Assembly (NCBI GenBank): GCA_963798825.1
Contig: CAWCVE010000003.1
Span: 19,250 to 83,249 of the forward strand
DNA from: an uncultured Alphaproteobacteria bacterium
GTDB lineage: Bacteria > Pseudomonadota > Alphaproteobacteria > Rhizobiales > Xanthobacteraceae
Length of the DNA stretch: 64,000 nucleotides
Reading direction: 5' to 3'
Shown here: in pieces, positions 49,236-60,707 of the stretch
Position numbering within the stretch: the stretch's first letter is position 1
Layout: every line of letters starts with the position of its first letter
Translations under genes and position numbers: made by a program
Notes under the pieces: model-generated
The model's database searches: none
Told to the model about the DNA's origin: nothing
Seen by the model: only the letters and a program-made list of their open reading frames with translations

Positions 49236-49980
49236 GGGCCCGCCCGCGATCCATGGCCGCGCGCATGAATTTGACCGTCTCGGCCAGCCCCACGAACACC
49301 AACTCGCCAACCAGGAAATGGCCGATATTGAGCTCGACGATCTGCGGCAGCGACGCAATGGTCTCCGCGCTCGCATAGTCGAGCCCGTGGCCGGCATGAA
49401 CTTCGAGACCGAAACTTTTGGCCAGCGCCGCGCCGGTACGGATCAACTGCCATTCGGCATCGGCCTGCGCCGTCCGCTGCTCGATCAGCGCATCGCACCA
49501 CGAGCCGGTGTGGATCTCGATCACCGGCACGCCCAGTTCGGCCGCGGCCTCGATCTGCGGCGGCGCCGCGCCGATAAACAGCGAAACCCGGATGCCGGCG
49601 GCTTTGAGCGCATGGACCACCGGCTTGAGCTGCGCACGTTGCCTGACCGCGTCGAGCCCGCCTTCGGTGGTGCGCTCAGTGCGCTTTTCCGGCACCAGGC
49701 AGACCGCGTGCGGCTTGGTTTTAAGCGCGATCGCGGTCATCTCCTCGGTCGCCGCCATTTCGAAATTGAGCGGCTTGTCGATCTCGGCTTTCAGCCGCGT
49801 GATGTCGTCGTCGCGGATGTGGCGGCGGTCTTCGCGCAAATGCGCGGTGATGCCGTCGGCGCCGGCGGCAATCGCAAGCTTGGCGGCGCGCACCGGATCG
49901 GGGTGACGCCCGCCGCGCGCATTGCGGACGGTGGCGACGTGATCGACATTGACGCCGAGGCGCAGCGGAGGAGCGGCCAT
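49228..49980 (-). CDS. pdxJ: pyridoxine 5'-phosphate synthase
   Basis: [26 protein letters not shown] and EIHTG motifs. Start at MAAPPLRLG (49980). Confidence 0.95.
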   Translation of the reverse strand: MAAPPLRLGVNVDHVATVRNARGGRHPDPVRAAKLAIAAGADGITAHLREDRRHIRDDDITRLKAEIDKPLNFEMAATEEMTAIALKTKPHAVCLVPEKRTERTTEGGLDAVRQRAQLKPVVHALKAAGIRVSLFIGAAPPQIEAAAELGVPVIEIHTGSWCDALIEQRTAQADAEWQLIRTGAALAKSFGLEVHAGHGLDYASAETIASLPQIVELNIGHFLVGELVFVGLAETVKFMRAAMDRGRARA

Positions 49981-49984
49981 CGCG

Positions 49985-52189
49985 TTATCCGTTGACCCGT
50001 TCCGCCTTCGCCACCACGGGCTTGGCGCGCAGTTGCGCGATGATGGCGGTGAGATGCTTGAGGTCGTAGACCTCAAGATCGATCAGCACGTCGGTGAAGT
50101 CGGGCGCACGCCGCGTCATGCGGATATTGTCGATATTACCGTCGTGCTCGGCGATCACCTGCGCGATCTGCGCGAGCGAGCCAGGCTCGTTCACCGATTG
50201 CACGGCGACGCGCGCCGGGAAGCGGCGCGGCGTAGTCTCTTCTTCGTCCCAGCGCACGTCGAGCCAGCGCTCCGGCTTATCCTCGAATTCGCCGAGCGCA
50301 TGCGACTGGATCGGGTAGATGGTGATCCCTTCGCCCGGCGTGAGAATGCCGACAATGCGGTCGCCCGGCACCGCGCCGCCGTCCGGCGCAAAGCGCACCG
50401 GCAAGTCGCCGTTGATGCCGCGGATCGGGATCGCCGGGCCTTGCGCGTCGGGCACGCGGAATTTGACCGAGGTGAGCCGCTTGAGGCCGAACCAGCCGCT
50501 GCTCTCCGCTTTTGGCCGCCCCGCCATGGCAGCGGCGCGTTCTTCTTTGTAGTCGGGATACACGGCACGGGCGACGTCGGAAGCCTTTAATTCGCCGCGG
50601 CCGACCGCCGCCATTACGTCCTCGACGGACGCGCGCGCCAGCCGCGGCAGCGCGCCGGTCAGCTTTTCGTCCGAATAGGCGATCTTGGCGCGCTGGAACA
50701 GCCGTTCGACGATACGGCGGCCGAGCCCGGTATATTGCGTGCGCACCGCCGCGCGCGTCGCGCGTCTTATCGCCGCGCGCGCCTTGCCGGTGACCACGAT
50801 CAATTCCCACGCCGCTGGTGGCGCCGATTGCGCAGGTGAGGTGATAATCTCGACTTCGTCGCCATTGACGATTTCCGAACCGAGCGGCGCGATTTGCCCG
50901 TTGATTTTGCAGCCGACCGCCATGTTGCCGACGTCGGTGTGCACCGCATAGGCGAAGTCGATCGGCGTCGCGCTACGCGGCAGCGCGATCAGCTTGCCTT
51001 TCGGCGTAAAGCAGAACACCTGGTCGTGGAACAATTCGAGCTTGGTGTGCTCGAGGAACTCTTCCGGGTTGGAGCCTTCCGCCAGCAGCTCGATGGTGCG
51101 GCGCAGCCAGGCATAGGCGCTCAATTCGCGCGACAACATTTCGGTTGGCGAGCCGACATTGTCCTTGTAGAGCGCATGCGCGGCGATGCCGTATTCGGCC
51201 AGTTCGTGCATCTCGGTGGTGCGAATCTGCAGTTCGACGCGCTGCTTTCCGGGACCGATCACGGTGGTGTGGATCGACCGATAATCGTTCGCCTTCGGCG
51301 TCGAGATGTAATCCTTGTAGCGCCCGGGCACCATCGGCCAGGTGGTGTGCACGATGCCGAGCGCCTGGTAGCAGTCGGCCACCGTCTTCACGATCACGCG
51401 GAAGCCGAAAATGTCGGACAGTTGCTCGAAGCCGACCGATTTGCGCTCCATCTTGCGCCAGATCGAATAGGCGCGCTTGCGCCGGCCCAGCACTCGCGCG
51501 GCGATGCCGCGGTCGGCGAGTTTCTTGGTGAGCTGCTGCTCGATCTCGCGGATCAGGTCCTTGTGGCGGTCGGCCAGCGCATTGAGCCGGCCGCTGACCA
51601 CCGCACAGGCCTCCGGATAGAGCTCGCGGAACGCCAGGTCGTCGAGTTCCTCGCGCATCGCATGCATGCCCATGCGGCCGGCGAGCGGCGCGTAGATTTC
51701 CAGCGTCTCCTCGGCGACGCGCCGGCGCGCCTCGACCGGCATGTAGTCAAGTGTGCGCATGTTGTGCAGACGGTCGGCGAGCTTGACCAGCAGTACGCGC
51801 ACATCGGCGGCGATCGCCAGCAGGAGCTTGCGCAGGTTTTCCGCCTGCTTGGCTTCCTTAGTGACCAGGTCGAGTTTTTTCAGTTTGGTCAGGCCGTCGA
51901 CCAATGTCCCGATGTCGGGCCCGAACAGACTGTCGATCTCCGCGCGCGTGGTCGCGGTATCCTCGATAGTGTCGTGCAGTAGCGCCGCCGCGATGGTTGC
52001 GTCATCGAGCTTGAGATCCGTGAGGATCGCCGCCACCTCGATCGGGTGGGAGAAATAGGGGTCGCCCGAGGCACGCTTTTGCTCGCCATGCGCCTTCATG
52101 GCGTAGACATAGGCGCGGTTGAGCAGCGCCTCGTTGGTGTTCGGATTATAGGCACGCACCCGTTCGATCAGGTCGTTGTGCCGCATCAT
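49985..52189 (-). CDS. spoT: bifunctional (p)ppGpp synthetase/hydrolase (RelA/SpoT homolog)
   Basis: HD domain ([24 protein letters not shown]), synthetase domain (YRSIHTTV), and TGS and ACT domains. Start at [11 protein letters not shown] (52189). Confidence 0.9.
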   Translation of the reverse strand: MMRHNDLIERVRAYNPNTNEALLNRAYVYAMKAHGEQKRASGDPYFSHPIEVAAILTDLKLDDATIAAALLHDTIEDTATTRAEIDSLFGPDIGTLVDGLTKLKKLDLVTKEAKQAENLRKLLLAIAADVRVLLVKLADRLHNMRTLDYMPVEARRRVAEETLEIYAPLAGRMGMHAMREELDDLAFRELYPEACAVVSGRLNALADRHKDLIREIEQQLTKKLADRGIAARVLGRRKRAYSIWRKMERKSVGFEQLSDIFGFRVIVKTVADCYQALGIVHTTWPMVPGRYKDYISTPKANDYRSIHTTVIGPGKQRVELQIRTTEMHELAEYGIAAHALYKDNVGSPTEMLSRELSAYAWLRRTIELLAEGSNPEEFLEHTKLELFHDQVFCFTPKGKLIALPRSATPIDFAYAVHTDVGNMAVGCKINGQIAPLGSEIVNGDEVEIITSPAQSAPPAAWELIVVTGKARAAIRRATRAAVRTQYTGLGRRIVERLFQRAKIAYSDEKLTGALPRLARASVEDVMAAVGRGELKASDVARAVYPDYKEERAAAMAGRPKAESSGWFGLKRLTSVKFRVPDAQGPAIPIRGINGDLPVRFAPDGGAVPGDRIVGILTPGEGITIYPIQSHALGEFEDKPERWLDVRWDEEETTPRRFPARVAVQSVNEPGSLAQIAQVIAEHDGNIDNIRMTRRAPDFTDVLIDLEVYDLKHLTAIIAQLRAKPVVAKAERVNG

Positions 52190-52426
52190 CGGCGGCTTGC
52201 GGGATTGCGCCGGCTTTTCAATGACTTGCGAAGCCGCGATGGCCCGCTCCAGCGGCGCCCGGGTAGGCGACTGCTTCTGCATCCGCGGTAAATCAGAGCG
52301 CGCGCGCGCCATTATGGTGCCTCGCGGCCGCCGAATCTGAGTGGGAAACGGCGCCGCCGGCCGTTTCTAACATAGATATCACGGCAATTCGCTGGCGCTG
52401 CAGGGGGTTGCCGCGCTGGTTGACTG

Positions 52427-52458
52427 AAAACCAACGGCCCGGCGCGAGGGGCCGGGCC
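52427..52458 (-). terminator. possible attenuating hairpin/terminator between rpoZ and spoT
   Basis: On the minus strand, a GGCCCGG-N9-CCGGGCC stem is followed by GTTGGTTTT. Confidence 0.35.
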
Positions 52459-52494
52459 TTTACATCAAATTTATGCGGAAATGCGTCGGAAAGC

Positions 52495-52890
52495 TTATTC
52501 GGCGTCTTCTTCCGGTACTTCTTCCGGCGGCGCCAGGCCTTCGAGGCCCTTGAGCAGCTCTTCCTCGGTCATGCGCTCGGAGGTCACTTCGGTATCGTCG
52601 GAATCTACCGATGCGCCCGCGCCCGCCCCGATCAGCGGTACTTCGGGCTCCGGTTCGTCGACCTCGACGTATTTCTGCAGAGTATGGATCAGGTCTTCCT
52701 TGAGATCGCCCGGCGATACCGTCGTTTCCGCGATTTCGCGCAGCGCGACAACGGGATTTTTGTCGTTGTCCCGATCGACGGTTATCTGCGACCCGGACGA
52801 GATCATGCGCGCCCGGTGACTCGCCAGAAGCACGAGATCGAAGCGGTTCTCAACTTTATCGATACAATCTTCTACGGTGACACGGGCCAT
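52495..52890 (-). CDS. rpoZ: DNA-directed RNA polymerase subunit omega
   Basis: [28 protein letters not shown]... with an acidic C-terminal tail. Confidence 0.95.
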   Translation of the reverse strand: MARVTVEDCIDKVENRFDLVLLASHRARMISSGSQITVDRDNDKNPVVALREIAETTVSPGDLKEDLIHTLQKYVEVDEPEPEVPLIGAGAGASVDSDDTEVTSERMTEEELLKGLEGLAPPEEVPEEDAE

Positions 52891-53190
52891 CGGCTCGTCA
52901 CTCCTTTGAATGGAACTTTGTCCTGAATTCGCCCGCTAGGTAGACCGTGTGGGCTGAAAGTTCAAGTATTTTTGTCTTGGTTTGGCCGCAAGCCTCTGTT
53001 ACCCAAATCCCCGCAAGCAGGCCGATCCGGGATGATTTTATCGGCAGCGGCGTGATTGCACAGGTACCAACTGAATTGATCGAAGGTGCCGTTCTGTTAA
53101 CGCCAATTCGATGCAGCGCTGCCCCGCGCATTGGGCGCGCGTGGAATCGGGACATTGGTTTTGCATTCCAAGGACCGTGAGAGAAACCCC

Positions 53191-53871
53191 ATGACAGTAC
53201 CCGGCGAAAAAATCGCATTGTTCATCGACGGCGCCAATCTTTACGCCACCGCCAAATCGCTCGGCTTCGACATCGACTACAAGAAGCTGCTGCGGGAATT
53301 CCAATCGCGCGGCTATCTGCTGCGCGCGTTCTATTACACCGCGGTGATCGAGGATCAGGAGTACTCCTCGATCCGCCCGCTGATCGATTGGCTCGACTAC
53401 AACGGTTATTCGGTGGTCACCAAGGCGACCAAGGAATTCGTCGACCAGACCGGCCGCCGCAAGGTCAAAGGCAACATGGACATCGAACTCGCGGTCGATG
53501 CCATGGAGATCGCCGGCTCGATCGACCACATGGTGCTGTTCTCCGGCGACGGCGATTTCCGTTCGCTGGTGGAAGCCGTGCAGCGCAAGGGCGTGCGCGT
53601 GACTGTAATCTCGACCGTCACCACCCAGCCGCCAATGGTAGCCGACGAACTGCGCCGCCAGGCCGACATCTTCACCGACATCGTCACGCTGCAAGGCAAG
53701 ATCGGGCGCGATCCGTCTGAACGCGCCGCCCGCGACGCTTCGCGCGGTCCACGCGACGATCACGGCTCATCGCCGCAGCACACCCCGCAATTCCTGCAGC
53801 GCCCGCCAGCGCCGCAACGGGCCGGCGTCACCGCCGATGTCGGCGCCGACGACGACGATTTCGAAGATTAG
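53191..53871 (+). CDS. NYN-domain (LabA/DUF88) protein
   Basis: IALFIDGANLY...KGNMDIELAVDAM...VLFSGDGDFRSLVEAVQRKGVRVTVIS. Start at MTVPGEK behind GAGAGA. Confidence 0.8.
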   Translation: MTVPGEKIALFIDGANLYATAKSLGFDIDYKKLLREFQSRGYLLRAFYYTAVIEDQEYSSIRPLIDWLDYNGYSVVTKATKEFVDQTGRRKVKGNMDIELAVDAMEIAGSIDHMVLFSGDGDFRSLVEAVQRKGVRVTVISTVTTQPPMVADELRRQADIFTDIVTLQGKIGRDPSERAARDASRGPRDDHGSSPQHTPQFLQRPPAPQRAGVTADVGADDDDFED

Positions 53872-53880
53872 CTAAATCCG

Positions 53881-54522
53881 ATGCCGGAGGCCGCGGCCGA
53901 ACCCGGGCGCGACTGCGCGCGCTGCCCGCGGCTGGCGGCATTCCGCAAGACCTGGCGCGCGAAGGAACCGCAATGGTTCAACGCGCCGGTGCCCTCCTTC
54001 GGCGCGCGCGACGTGCGGCTGCTGATCGTCGGGCTGGCGCCCGGCCTACAGGGCGCCAACCGAACGGGGCGCCCATTCACCGGCGATTACGCCGGCGTGC
54101 TGCTCTACGACACGCTGGAACGTTACGGTTTCTCGCGCGGTACTTTCGACGCACGGCCCGATGACGGACTGGAGCTGGTCGATTGCCGCATCAGCAACGC
54201 GGTGCGCTGCGTGCCGCCGGAAAACAAGCCGACCCCGGCCGAGATCGCGACCTGCCGCGATTTCCTCAAATCGACCATCGCGGAAATGAAAAACCTGCGC
54301 GCGATCGTCGCGCTCGGGCACGTTGCCCATAATAGCGCGGTCGCCGCGCTGGGCACGAAAAAATCCGCCGCGCCCTTCAAGCACGGCGGCCGCAACGATT
54401 TCGGGAACGTCGCGCTGTTTTCCAGCTATCACTGTTCGCGCTACAACACCAACACCGGCGTGCTCACGCCGGAGATGTTCCAAGCGGTGTTTGCAAGCGT
54501 GCGTGCTTACTTGGACGCCTGA
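53881..54522 (+). CDS. uracil-DNA glycosylase superfamily protein (family 5/UdgB-like)
   Basis: CARCPRL Fe-S cysteines, GLAPGLQGANRTGRPFTGD motif, and a SYHCSRYNTNTG C-terminal motif. Confidence 0.75.
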   Translation: MPEAAAEPGRDCARCPRLAAFRKTWRAKEPQWFNAPVPSFGARDVRLLIVGLAPGLQGANRTGRPFTGDYAGVLLYDTLERYGFSRGTFDARPDDGLELVDCRISNAVRCVPPENKPTPAEIATCRDFLKSTIAEMKNLRAIVALGHVAHNSAVAALGTKKSAAPFKHGGRNDFGNVALFSSYHCSRYNTNTGVLTPEMFQAVFASVRAYLDA

Positions 54523-55085
54523 AGCCAGGCGATCACTTCCTCGGCGTTCTTGTCGGGTGGGAACACCGGATAGAACGCCTTCGTGATGACGCCGTCGTCG
54601 ATCACCAGCGCCATGCGCTTCAAGAGCATCATGCCGGACGTGGTGAAAGTCGGCAGTTTGAGCGCCTTGGTCAGCGCCAGTTTCTCGTCCGACAGGATCG
54701 CGAACGGCAGATGCAGCCGCGTCGCCGCCTCCCTCTGATACGCGGTGTCCTGCGTGGACACGCCGTAAAGCTGCGCCACGCCCAACCGCTTGAGTTCGCC
54801 GAAATGATCGCGAAAGCCGCAGGATTGCGGCGTGCAGCCGCGCGCGCCCGGGATGTCGTCCCAGCCTGGCGGCGCGTCGACGCCGGGCACGCCAGTGCGT
54901 GGATAAATGTAGACCACGGTGCGGCCCGTAAGCTTCGACAGGTTGACGGGGCCGCCCGCGGTCGCCGGCAGCGCGATGTCCGGCAGCTTCATGCCGGCGA
55001 GATGGCGCGCGCCGCCGTCGTCCTGCGGTGTCGGAATGCCGGGCGGCAAAAAACTTGGATCATGCTGGCCTGGCGCTTCTCTCAT
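54507..55085 (-). CDS. peroxiredoxin (AhpC/TSA-Bcp-like thioredoxin fold)
   Basis: TVVYIYPRTGVPG..CTPQSCGFRD peroxidatic Cys context. Confidence 0.8.
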   Translation of the reverse strand: MREAPGQHDPSFLPPGIPTPQDDGGARHLAGMKLPDIALPATAGGPVNLSKLTGRTVVYIYPRTGVPGVDAPPGWDDIPGARGCTPQSCGFRDHFGELKRLGVAQLYGVSTQDTAYQREAATRLHLPFAILSDEKLALTKALKLPTFTTSGMMLLKRMALVIDDGVITKAFYPVFPPDKNAEEVIAWLQASK

Positions 55086-55105
55086 TTGCCGTCTCCTTGT
55101 TTTAC

Positions 55106-55211
55106 GTCATTCCGGGGTCGGCCGTAGACCGGAACCCGGAATCCAGACGCAATTTCAGTACTTGCATTTGGATTCCGGCTCTCGCCGTTAGCGCGGCTTG
55201 GCCGGAATGAC
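55106..55211. repeat. nested-palindrome MITE/REP-like element
   Basis: Outer inverted repeats are GTCATTCCGG...CCGGAATGAC. Inner inverted repeats are CCGGAATCCA...TGGATTCCGG. The element overlaps the last 8 codons of the VOC gene. Confidence 0.6.
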
Positions 55212-55595
55212 AGAAGTGTAACTCATGAACTCCATCAGCGAGCCATCCGGGTCGCGGAAATAGACGCTCATTCCCGGCCCCTTGGCGCCGAATCGCTGCA
55301 GCGGGCCGCGCTCTATCGCAACGCCGTGCGCCTTGAGATGCGCGATCGCGCCTTCGATCGGCCCGCTCCACTCGAAGCATAGATCGGAATTGCCCGGCTG
55401 TACGGGCAGACGCGCCACCTCCGCCGGCTTGACGCCCGGCCCGTGCACGTTGAGCTGCTTGTCGCCGAAGCGATAGGCAAAGCCGACCGGCCGGGCCACC
55501 AATTCGGCGCCCATCACCTGCGTATAGAAACGGTTCGAACGCTCCCAGTCGGAAACGTGAATGACGCAGTGGTCGAGATTGGTGGGTACCGACAT
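55188..55595 (-). CDS. VOC (glyoxalase/bleomycin-resistance/dioxygenase) family protein
   Basis: 135 aa with LDHCVIHVSDWERSNRFY...YFRDPDGSLMEF, typical of the VOC fold. Confidence 0.75.
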   Translation of the reverse strand: MSVPTNLDHCVIHVSDWERSNRFYTQVMGAELVARPVGFAYRFGDKQLNVHGPGVKPAEVARLPVQPGNSDLCFEWSGPIEGAIAHLKAHGVAIERGPLQRFGAKGPGMSVYFRDPDGSLMEFMSYTSVIPAKPR

Positions 55596-55598
55596 GAC

Positions 55599-56279
55599 TT
55601 AAACTCCGAGCTTCTTGCCGGCCCGCGCCGCCTTGACGCGGCGCTCTTCGGTCAGCTTGGCGCTGCGCGCCTTCACTTTTTCGAGCATGGCGGCGGGCGC
55701 GCGCTTGGGCGAGCCGCAATCGAACGGCGGGTCGGGGTCGTATTCGATCTGCAATTGCAGCTCGCGCGCGACCTGCTCGCCGTCGAGAATAACCGCGAGG
55801 CGGAGCGCGAAATCAATGCCCGAAACGACGCCAGCGCCGGTGACGACGTTGCCGTCCACCACCACGCGCTCGTGCGTCGGAATGGCGCCGAGCAGCGCCA
55901 GTTGATCGACCACGCTCCAGTGGCTGGTGGCGCGCCGGCCCTTGAGCAGGCCGGCCGCGCCCAGCACCAGCGAGCCGGTGCAAACAGAGGTTACGTATTT
56001 CGCCGACGCTGCGGCTCTGCGCAGAAATTCCAGCGCCGCCTCGTCTTCCATGAGGTCCTGCTGGCCGGCGCCGCCCGGCACCATTATGACGTCGAGCGGC
56101 GGGCAGTCGGCGTAGGCCACGGTCGGCACGATCTGCATGCCGCGGTCGGTGGTCACCGGCTCCATGTTGCGGGCAATCAACTCGACTTTGGTGTCGGGCA
56201 GCCGCGCCAGCACTTCGTAAGGCCCCGTCACGTCGAGCTGCGTCATGCGCGGAAAAATCAGCATGCCGATGCGGCGCAT
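55599..56279 (-). CDS. DJ-1/PfpI family protein
   Basis: IGMLIFPRMTQLDVTGPYEV...TSVCTGSLVLGAAGLL nucleophile-elbow Cys. Confidence 0.8.
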   Translation of the reverse strand: MRRIGMLIFPRMTQLDVTGPYEVLARLPDTKVELIARNMEPVTTDRGMQIVPTVAYADCPPLDVIMVPGGAGQQDLMEDEAALEFLRRAAASAKYVTSVCTGSLVLGAAGLLKGRRATSHWSVVDQLALLGAIPTHERVVVDGNVVTGAGVVSGIDFALRLAVILDGEQVARELQLQIEYDPDPPFDCGSPKRAPAAMLEKVKARSAKLTEERRVKAARAGKKLGV

Positions 56280-56284
56280 AGTGA

Positions 56285-56758
56285 TTAACCCTTGTCCCGC
56301 ATCAGCCGGCCGCGCTCGCGCTCCCAGGAGCGCTTCTTCAGCGTCTCGCGCTTGTCGTGCAGCTTCTTGCCTTTACCCAGCGCGATCTCGATTTTCGCCC
56401 GCCCCTTCTCGTTGAAATAGAGCTTGAGCGGCACGATGGTCATGCCCTCGCGCTCGACCGCGCCGGCAAGCTTGTTGATCTGGCGCGCGTGCAGCAGCAA
56501 TTTGCGCGGCCGCTTGGGCAGATGGTTGAAGCGGTGCGCCTGCAGATATTCCGGGATATTGGAATTGATCAGCCAGATTTCGCCGCCGCGCGCGTCGGCG
56601 TAGGATTCCGCGATGGTCGCCTTGCCGGCGCGCAGCGACTTCACCTCGCTGCCGGTGAGCGCGATGCCGGCCTCGTAGACCTCGCCGATCTCGTAGTTGA
56701 AGCGCGCCTTGCGGTTGTCGGCGACCACCTTGAACCGGCGCTCTGACTTTGCGGCCAT
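56285..56758 (-). CDS. smpB: SsrA-binding protein
   Basis: [13 protein letters not shown]...GTEVKSLR-like [12 protein letters not shown]...[11 protein letters not shown]. Confidence 0.95.
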   Translation of the reverse strand: MAAKSERRFKVVADNRKARFNYEIGEVYEAGIALTGSEVKSLRAGKATIAESYADARGGEIWLINSNIPEYLQAHRFNHLPKRPRKLLLHARQINKLAGAVEREGMTIVPLKLYFNEKGRAKIEIALGKGKKLHDKRETLKKRSWERERGRLMRDKG

Positions 56759-56776
56759 GTCCGGTTCCGGTGAGCG

Positions 56777-57184
56777 CTACTTTGCCTTCAGCAAGTCGCG
56801 GATTTCGGTGAGCAACTGTTCCTGCTTCGACGGCGGCGCGGGCTTGGCTTCTTCTTTGCGCATGAGCGTGCTCATGGCGCGGATCACCAGAAACAACACG
56901 AAGGCGATGATGATAAAGTTAATCGTGACAGTGAGGAAATGCCCCCAAGCCAAGACCGCCCCTTGCTTTTGCGCATCGGCCAAGGCTCTCGCCGTGACCT
57001 TGGACGAGAGCGGAAGGAAATAATTCGAGAAGTCGAGGCCGCCGGTCACCGCGCCGACCACCGGCATGATGAGGTCGCCGACCATCGCGCTCACGATGGC
57101 GCCGAACGCCGCGCCAATGACCACGCCAACGGCGAGATCGACCACATTGCCGCGCAACGCAAACTTTTTGAAATCCTCAAGCAT
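56777..57184 (-). CDS. mscL: large-conductance mechanosensitive channel
   Basis: [31 protein letters not shown]. Start at ATG 57184. Confidence 0.9.
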   Translation of the reverse strand: MLEDFKKFALRGNVVDLAVGVVIGAAFGAIVSAMVGDLIMPVVGAVTGGLDFSNYFLPLSSKVTARALADAQKQGAVLAWGHFLTVTINFIIIAFVLFLVIRAMSTLMRKEEAKPAPPSKQEQLLTEIRDLLKAK

Positions 57185-57234
57185 GCTTCCCCCGACATAG
57201 GTTTTGAAACGCGAAAGACCGGCCGGCGCCGCGA

Positions 57235-58125
57235 CTAGTTGATCAAGCCGGCGTGCACCATGGCCTCGCGCACGGCGATCTGCGCCTTCTCGCTCGCCGG
57301 CACCATCGGCAGGCGCACCGTATTGGCGCATTTGCCGATCAACGACATGGCATATTTGATCGGCGCTGGGCTCGTTTCGACGAACAGGTTGATGTGCAGG
57401 GGTGCGAGCTTATCCTGCAGCTTGAGCGCGGTCTTGAAGTCGCCCTTCAGGCAGGCGCCCTGAAACTCGGCGCAGAGCCGCGGCGCCACGTTCGAGGTTA
57501 CCGAGATGCAGCCGTGCCCGCCATGCGCCATGAAGCCGAGCGCGGTGATATCCTCGCCCGACATCTGGTTGAAATCCTCGCCGCATGCCGCGCGTTGCTG
57601 CGACACGCGCGCCATGTTGGCGGTCGCGTCCTTGACACCGGCGATGTTCTTGCACTCGAACAGCCGCTTCATGGTATCGACCGACATGTCGACGATGGAG
57701 CGGCCGGGAATGTTGTAGATGATGATCGGGATGCCGATGGCGTCGTTGATCGCCTTGTAGTGCTGGTAAAGCCCTTCCTGCGTCGGCTTGTTGTAATACG
57801 GCGTCACGATCAGCACCGCGTCGGCGCCCGCCTTTTCGGCGTGCTTGGACAATTCGACCGCCTCGGCGGTCGAATTCGACCCGGCGCCGGCGATGACCGG
57901 GACGCGGCCGTCGACCTGGTCGACGCACCATTCGACTACCTGCTTGTGCTCGTCGTGCGACAGCGTCGGGCTTTCGCCGGTGGTGCCGACCGGCACCAGG
58001 CCGTTGGTGCCCTCGGCGATCTGCCAGTCCACCAGCTCGCGAAAGGTCTTTTCGTCGAGCGCGCCGTTCTTGAACGGCGTGACCAGCGCGGTGAACGATC
58101 CTCGGAAGCTCGTTTTGGCGGTCAT
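57235..58125 (-). CDS. dapA: 4-hydroxy-tetrahydrodipicolinate synthase
   Basis: [24 protein letters not shown] and IYNIPGRS motifs. Confidence 0.95.
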   Translation of the reverse strand: MTAKTSFRGSFTALVTPFKNGALDEKTFRELVDWQIAEGTNGLVPVGTTGESPTLSHDEHKQVVEWCVDQVDGRVPVIAGAGSNSTAEAVELSKHAEKAGADAVLIVTPYYNKPTQEGLYQHYKAINDAIGIPIIIYNIPGRSIVDMSVDTMKRLFECKNIAGVKDATANMARVSQQRAACGEDFNQMSGEDITALGFMAHGGHGCISVTSNVAPRLCAEFQGACLKGDFKTALKLQDKLAPLHINLFVETSPAPIKYAMSLIGKCANTVRLPMVPASEKAQIAVREAMVHAGLIN

Positions 58126-58403
58126 GGTGTGATCCTCGGCACGACTTCTCCACAGGGGGGCTTGCGCGGCAGCCCCATAGATATCGGGTCGCCGCCACCG
58201 ATGAAAGCCCTCCCGTCAAATAGGCCCATGAATTGCCTTGATAAATAGGCCCCCGCCCTGCTTTTGCCCGGCTTAGGGCCTAGCCTCGCACAATCGGGAT
58301 TTTGGCTATCCTTTCGGCAGCGATATTGGCCTAATGGAGGATGCCGGGCGCCCCCGTTTCGAATCGGCGCCGTGGACCCGAAAACGGCTGGGCAAGGGAT
58401 TGA

Positions 58404-60662
58404 ATGGACGCGATTAAACGGAACCGCTCGGGGTTTGCCCTGATGCTTGCGGCGGCTGGCGCGCTGGGCGCTCAAGCCGCCGTGGCCGCGCCCAAGAAAA
58501 GTCCGCCTGACCAGCCGCAGCCGGTGGCCTACGCCGCCAAGCACCCGGTCAAACACGCGGCCGTGCGAGTGGTCCGCAATGTTCCGCTGCCGCGCAACCG
58601 GCCGCTGCCGGCCGCTGCCGCGGCAACCCCCGCGCCGAGCAAGGCGGCGCTACGCGGGTCGCTCGCCGTCAGCCCGGCCATGTTCAGTCCGCCGGCGCAA
58701 ACCCCGACCGGACGCTTCGAGCCGGCGCCGGTTTCCTCCGCCGCTTCCACCTCGGCCGACGATATCGCGGCGGTGAAACGGGTGATCGAGGCCACCCGCA
58801 AGGGCAAGGAAGCCGACGCCGATGCCGCCGAAAACGGCATCCGCGATCCGGTGGCCCGCAAGCTTGCCGAATGGGTGATCCTGCGCAGCGATAACACCAA
58901 GCCGAGTTTCGCGCGCTACGCCGCCTTCGTGAACGCCAATCCGAGCTGGCCGCACGCGCCCTTGTTCCGCCGCCGCGCCGAGAACGCGTTATGGAACGAC
59001 AATCTCGACGCCGCCGCGGTCATCGCCTTTTTCACCAACCATAAGCCGCGCACCGCCAAGGGCCGCTACATGCTGGCGCGCGCGCTGCTCGCCAAAGGCG
59101 ACCGCGAGGGCGCCGCAGCCCTGGTGCGCTATGCCTGGCGTCACGAGGATTGCAGCGCCGACGTCGAGAGCAAAGTGATCGAGCTGTTCGGCAATATGCT
59201 GACGCGCGCCGACCACAAGGCGCGCATGGAACAGCGCTTCTATGCCGGCGACGTCGAAGCCGGCATGCGCGCCGCCACCCGCCTCGGCGGCGAGGATCTG
59301 GCGATCGGCCGCGCCCGCACGGCGGTGATCAAGCGGCTGAATGGCGCCAAAGAGCTGCTCGACGCGGTGCCGGCGAGCGCGCGGCGCGATCCCGGCTACA
59401 TCTTCGCGCGCGTGCAGTGGTTGCTCAAAAGCGAAAAAGCCGAAGAAGCCGGCAGACTGATCCTCACCGTACCGCAGGACCCGGCCGCGCTCGTCGATCT
59501 CGATCAATGGTGGCTGGAACGGCGCATTCTGGTACGCAAGCTGCTCGACGAGAACAATCCGCAGGCCGCCTACCAAGTCGCGCGCGACGCCGCTCCGCCG
59601 CCGCACGGCGTCTACCGCGTCGACCACTATTTCACCGCCGGCTGGATCGCGCTGCGTTTCCTGAATGATCCGAAAACCGCCGCCGGCCTTTTTGCGCATA
59701 TCGGCGAGGGCACCGGCAATCCGCATGCGCTGGCGCGCGGCGGCTATTGGCAAGGCCGCGCCGCCGAGGCCTTGGGCCAGCGCGCGCAGGCCAAGGCCTA
59801 TTACGAAATGGCGGCGCAATACGTCGCCACCTATTACGGCCAGCTGGCGCGCGCGCGGCTGGGCATGACCGAGCTCGGCTTGCGGGTCCCGCCGGCGCTC
59901 ACGCCGGCGCAACGCAGTCACATGAACAATCTCGAGGTCGTGCGCGCGGCCGAAATCCTCTATGCGCTCAACGAGCGCGACATGCTGGCGTCGATCTATG
60001 CCGAGCTAGGCGAAAGCGGCACTGATGTCGGCGGATTGGCAACTTTGGCCAACGTCGCCGGCAAACATGGCGACGGCCGCGCTATGCTGTTGCTGGGCGA
60101 AGGTGCGTATGGACGCGGATTGCCGCTCGAGTATTACGCCTATCCGACCGTCGGGTTGCCCGACTACCGTCCGATCTCGCCGCCGATCGATCCGGCGGTC
60201 GCCTACTCGATCGCCCGCCAGGAAAGCCACTTCAATCAGAAAGTCGTCTCGTCCGCCCACGCCATGGGGCTGATGCAGGTGACGCCGGAGGCCGCAGTCG
60301 ATACCGCCAAAAAATTCAAGGCGACCTACAACCGGTTCCGCCTGCTCAGCGACCCGGTTTACAACATGCAAATGGGCGCAGCCGAACTGTCCAACCTGCT
60401 GACCGGCTACAACGGCTCCTATATCCTCACCTTCGCCGGCTACAATGCCGGGCGCGGCCGCGTGCGGCAGTGGATTGCCGCCTACGGCGATCCACGCGAC
60501 CCGAAAGTCGACCCGGTCGATTGGGTCGAACGCATCCCGATCGCCGAGACCCGCAACTACGTGGAGCGGATCATGGAGAACCTGCAGGTCTATCGCGCCC
60601 GTTTCGGCGGCGGCAATCGGCTGATGATCGAGGCGGATCTGCGGCGCGGCGCGGCGAATTAA
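58404..60662 (+). CDS. lytic murein transglycosylase (Slt70-like, superhelical N-domain + SLT domain)
   Basis: Signal peptide and Ala/Pro-rich linker. C-terminal SLT catalytic motifs are AIARQESHFN..SSAHAMGLMQV and AGYNAG. Confidence 0.85.
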   Translation: MDAIKRNRSGFALMLAAAGALGAQAAVAAPKKSPPDQPQPVAYAAKHPVKHAAVRVVRNVPLPRNRPLPAAAAATPAPSKAALRGSLAVSPAMFSPPAQTPTGRFEPAPVSSAASTSADDIAAVKRVIEATRKGKEADADAAENGIRDPVARKLAEWVILRSDNTKPSFARYAAFVNANPSWPHAPLFRRRAENALWNDNLDAAAVIAFFTNHKPRTAKGRYMLARALLAKGDREGAAALVRYAWRHEDCSADVESKVIELFGNMLTRADHKARMEQRFYAGDVEAGMRAATRLGGEDLAIGRARTAVIKRLNGAKELLDAVPASARRDPGYIFARVQWLLKSEKAEEAGRLILTVPQDPAALVDLDQWWLERRILVRKLLDENNPQAAYQVARDAAPPPHGVYRVDHYFTAGWIALRFLNDPKTAAGLFAHIGEGTGNPHALARGGYWQGRAAEALGQRAQAKAYYEMAAQYVATYYGQLARARLGMTELGLRVPPALTPAQRSHMNNLEVVRAAEILYALNERDMLASIYAELGESGTDVGGLATLANVAGKHGDGRAMLLLGEGAYGRGLPLEYYAYPTVGLPDYRPISPPIDPAVAYSIARQESHFNQKVVSSAHAMGLMQVTPEAAVDTAKKFKATYNRFRLLSDPVYNMQMGAAELSNLLTGYNGSYILTFAGYNAGRGRVRQWIAAYGDPRDPKVDPVDWVERIPIAETRNYVERIMENLQVYRARFGGGNRLMIEADLRRGAAN

Positions 60663-60707
60663 ATCCGTCGTCCCGGCAAAGCGAGCGCATTGTAGCGGGG
60701 GCCCAGA

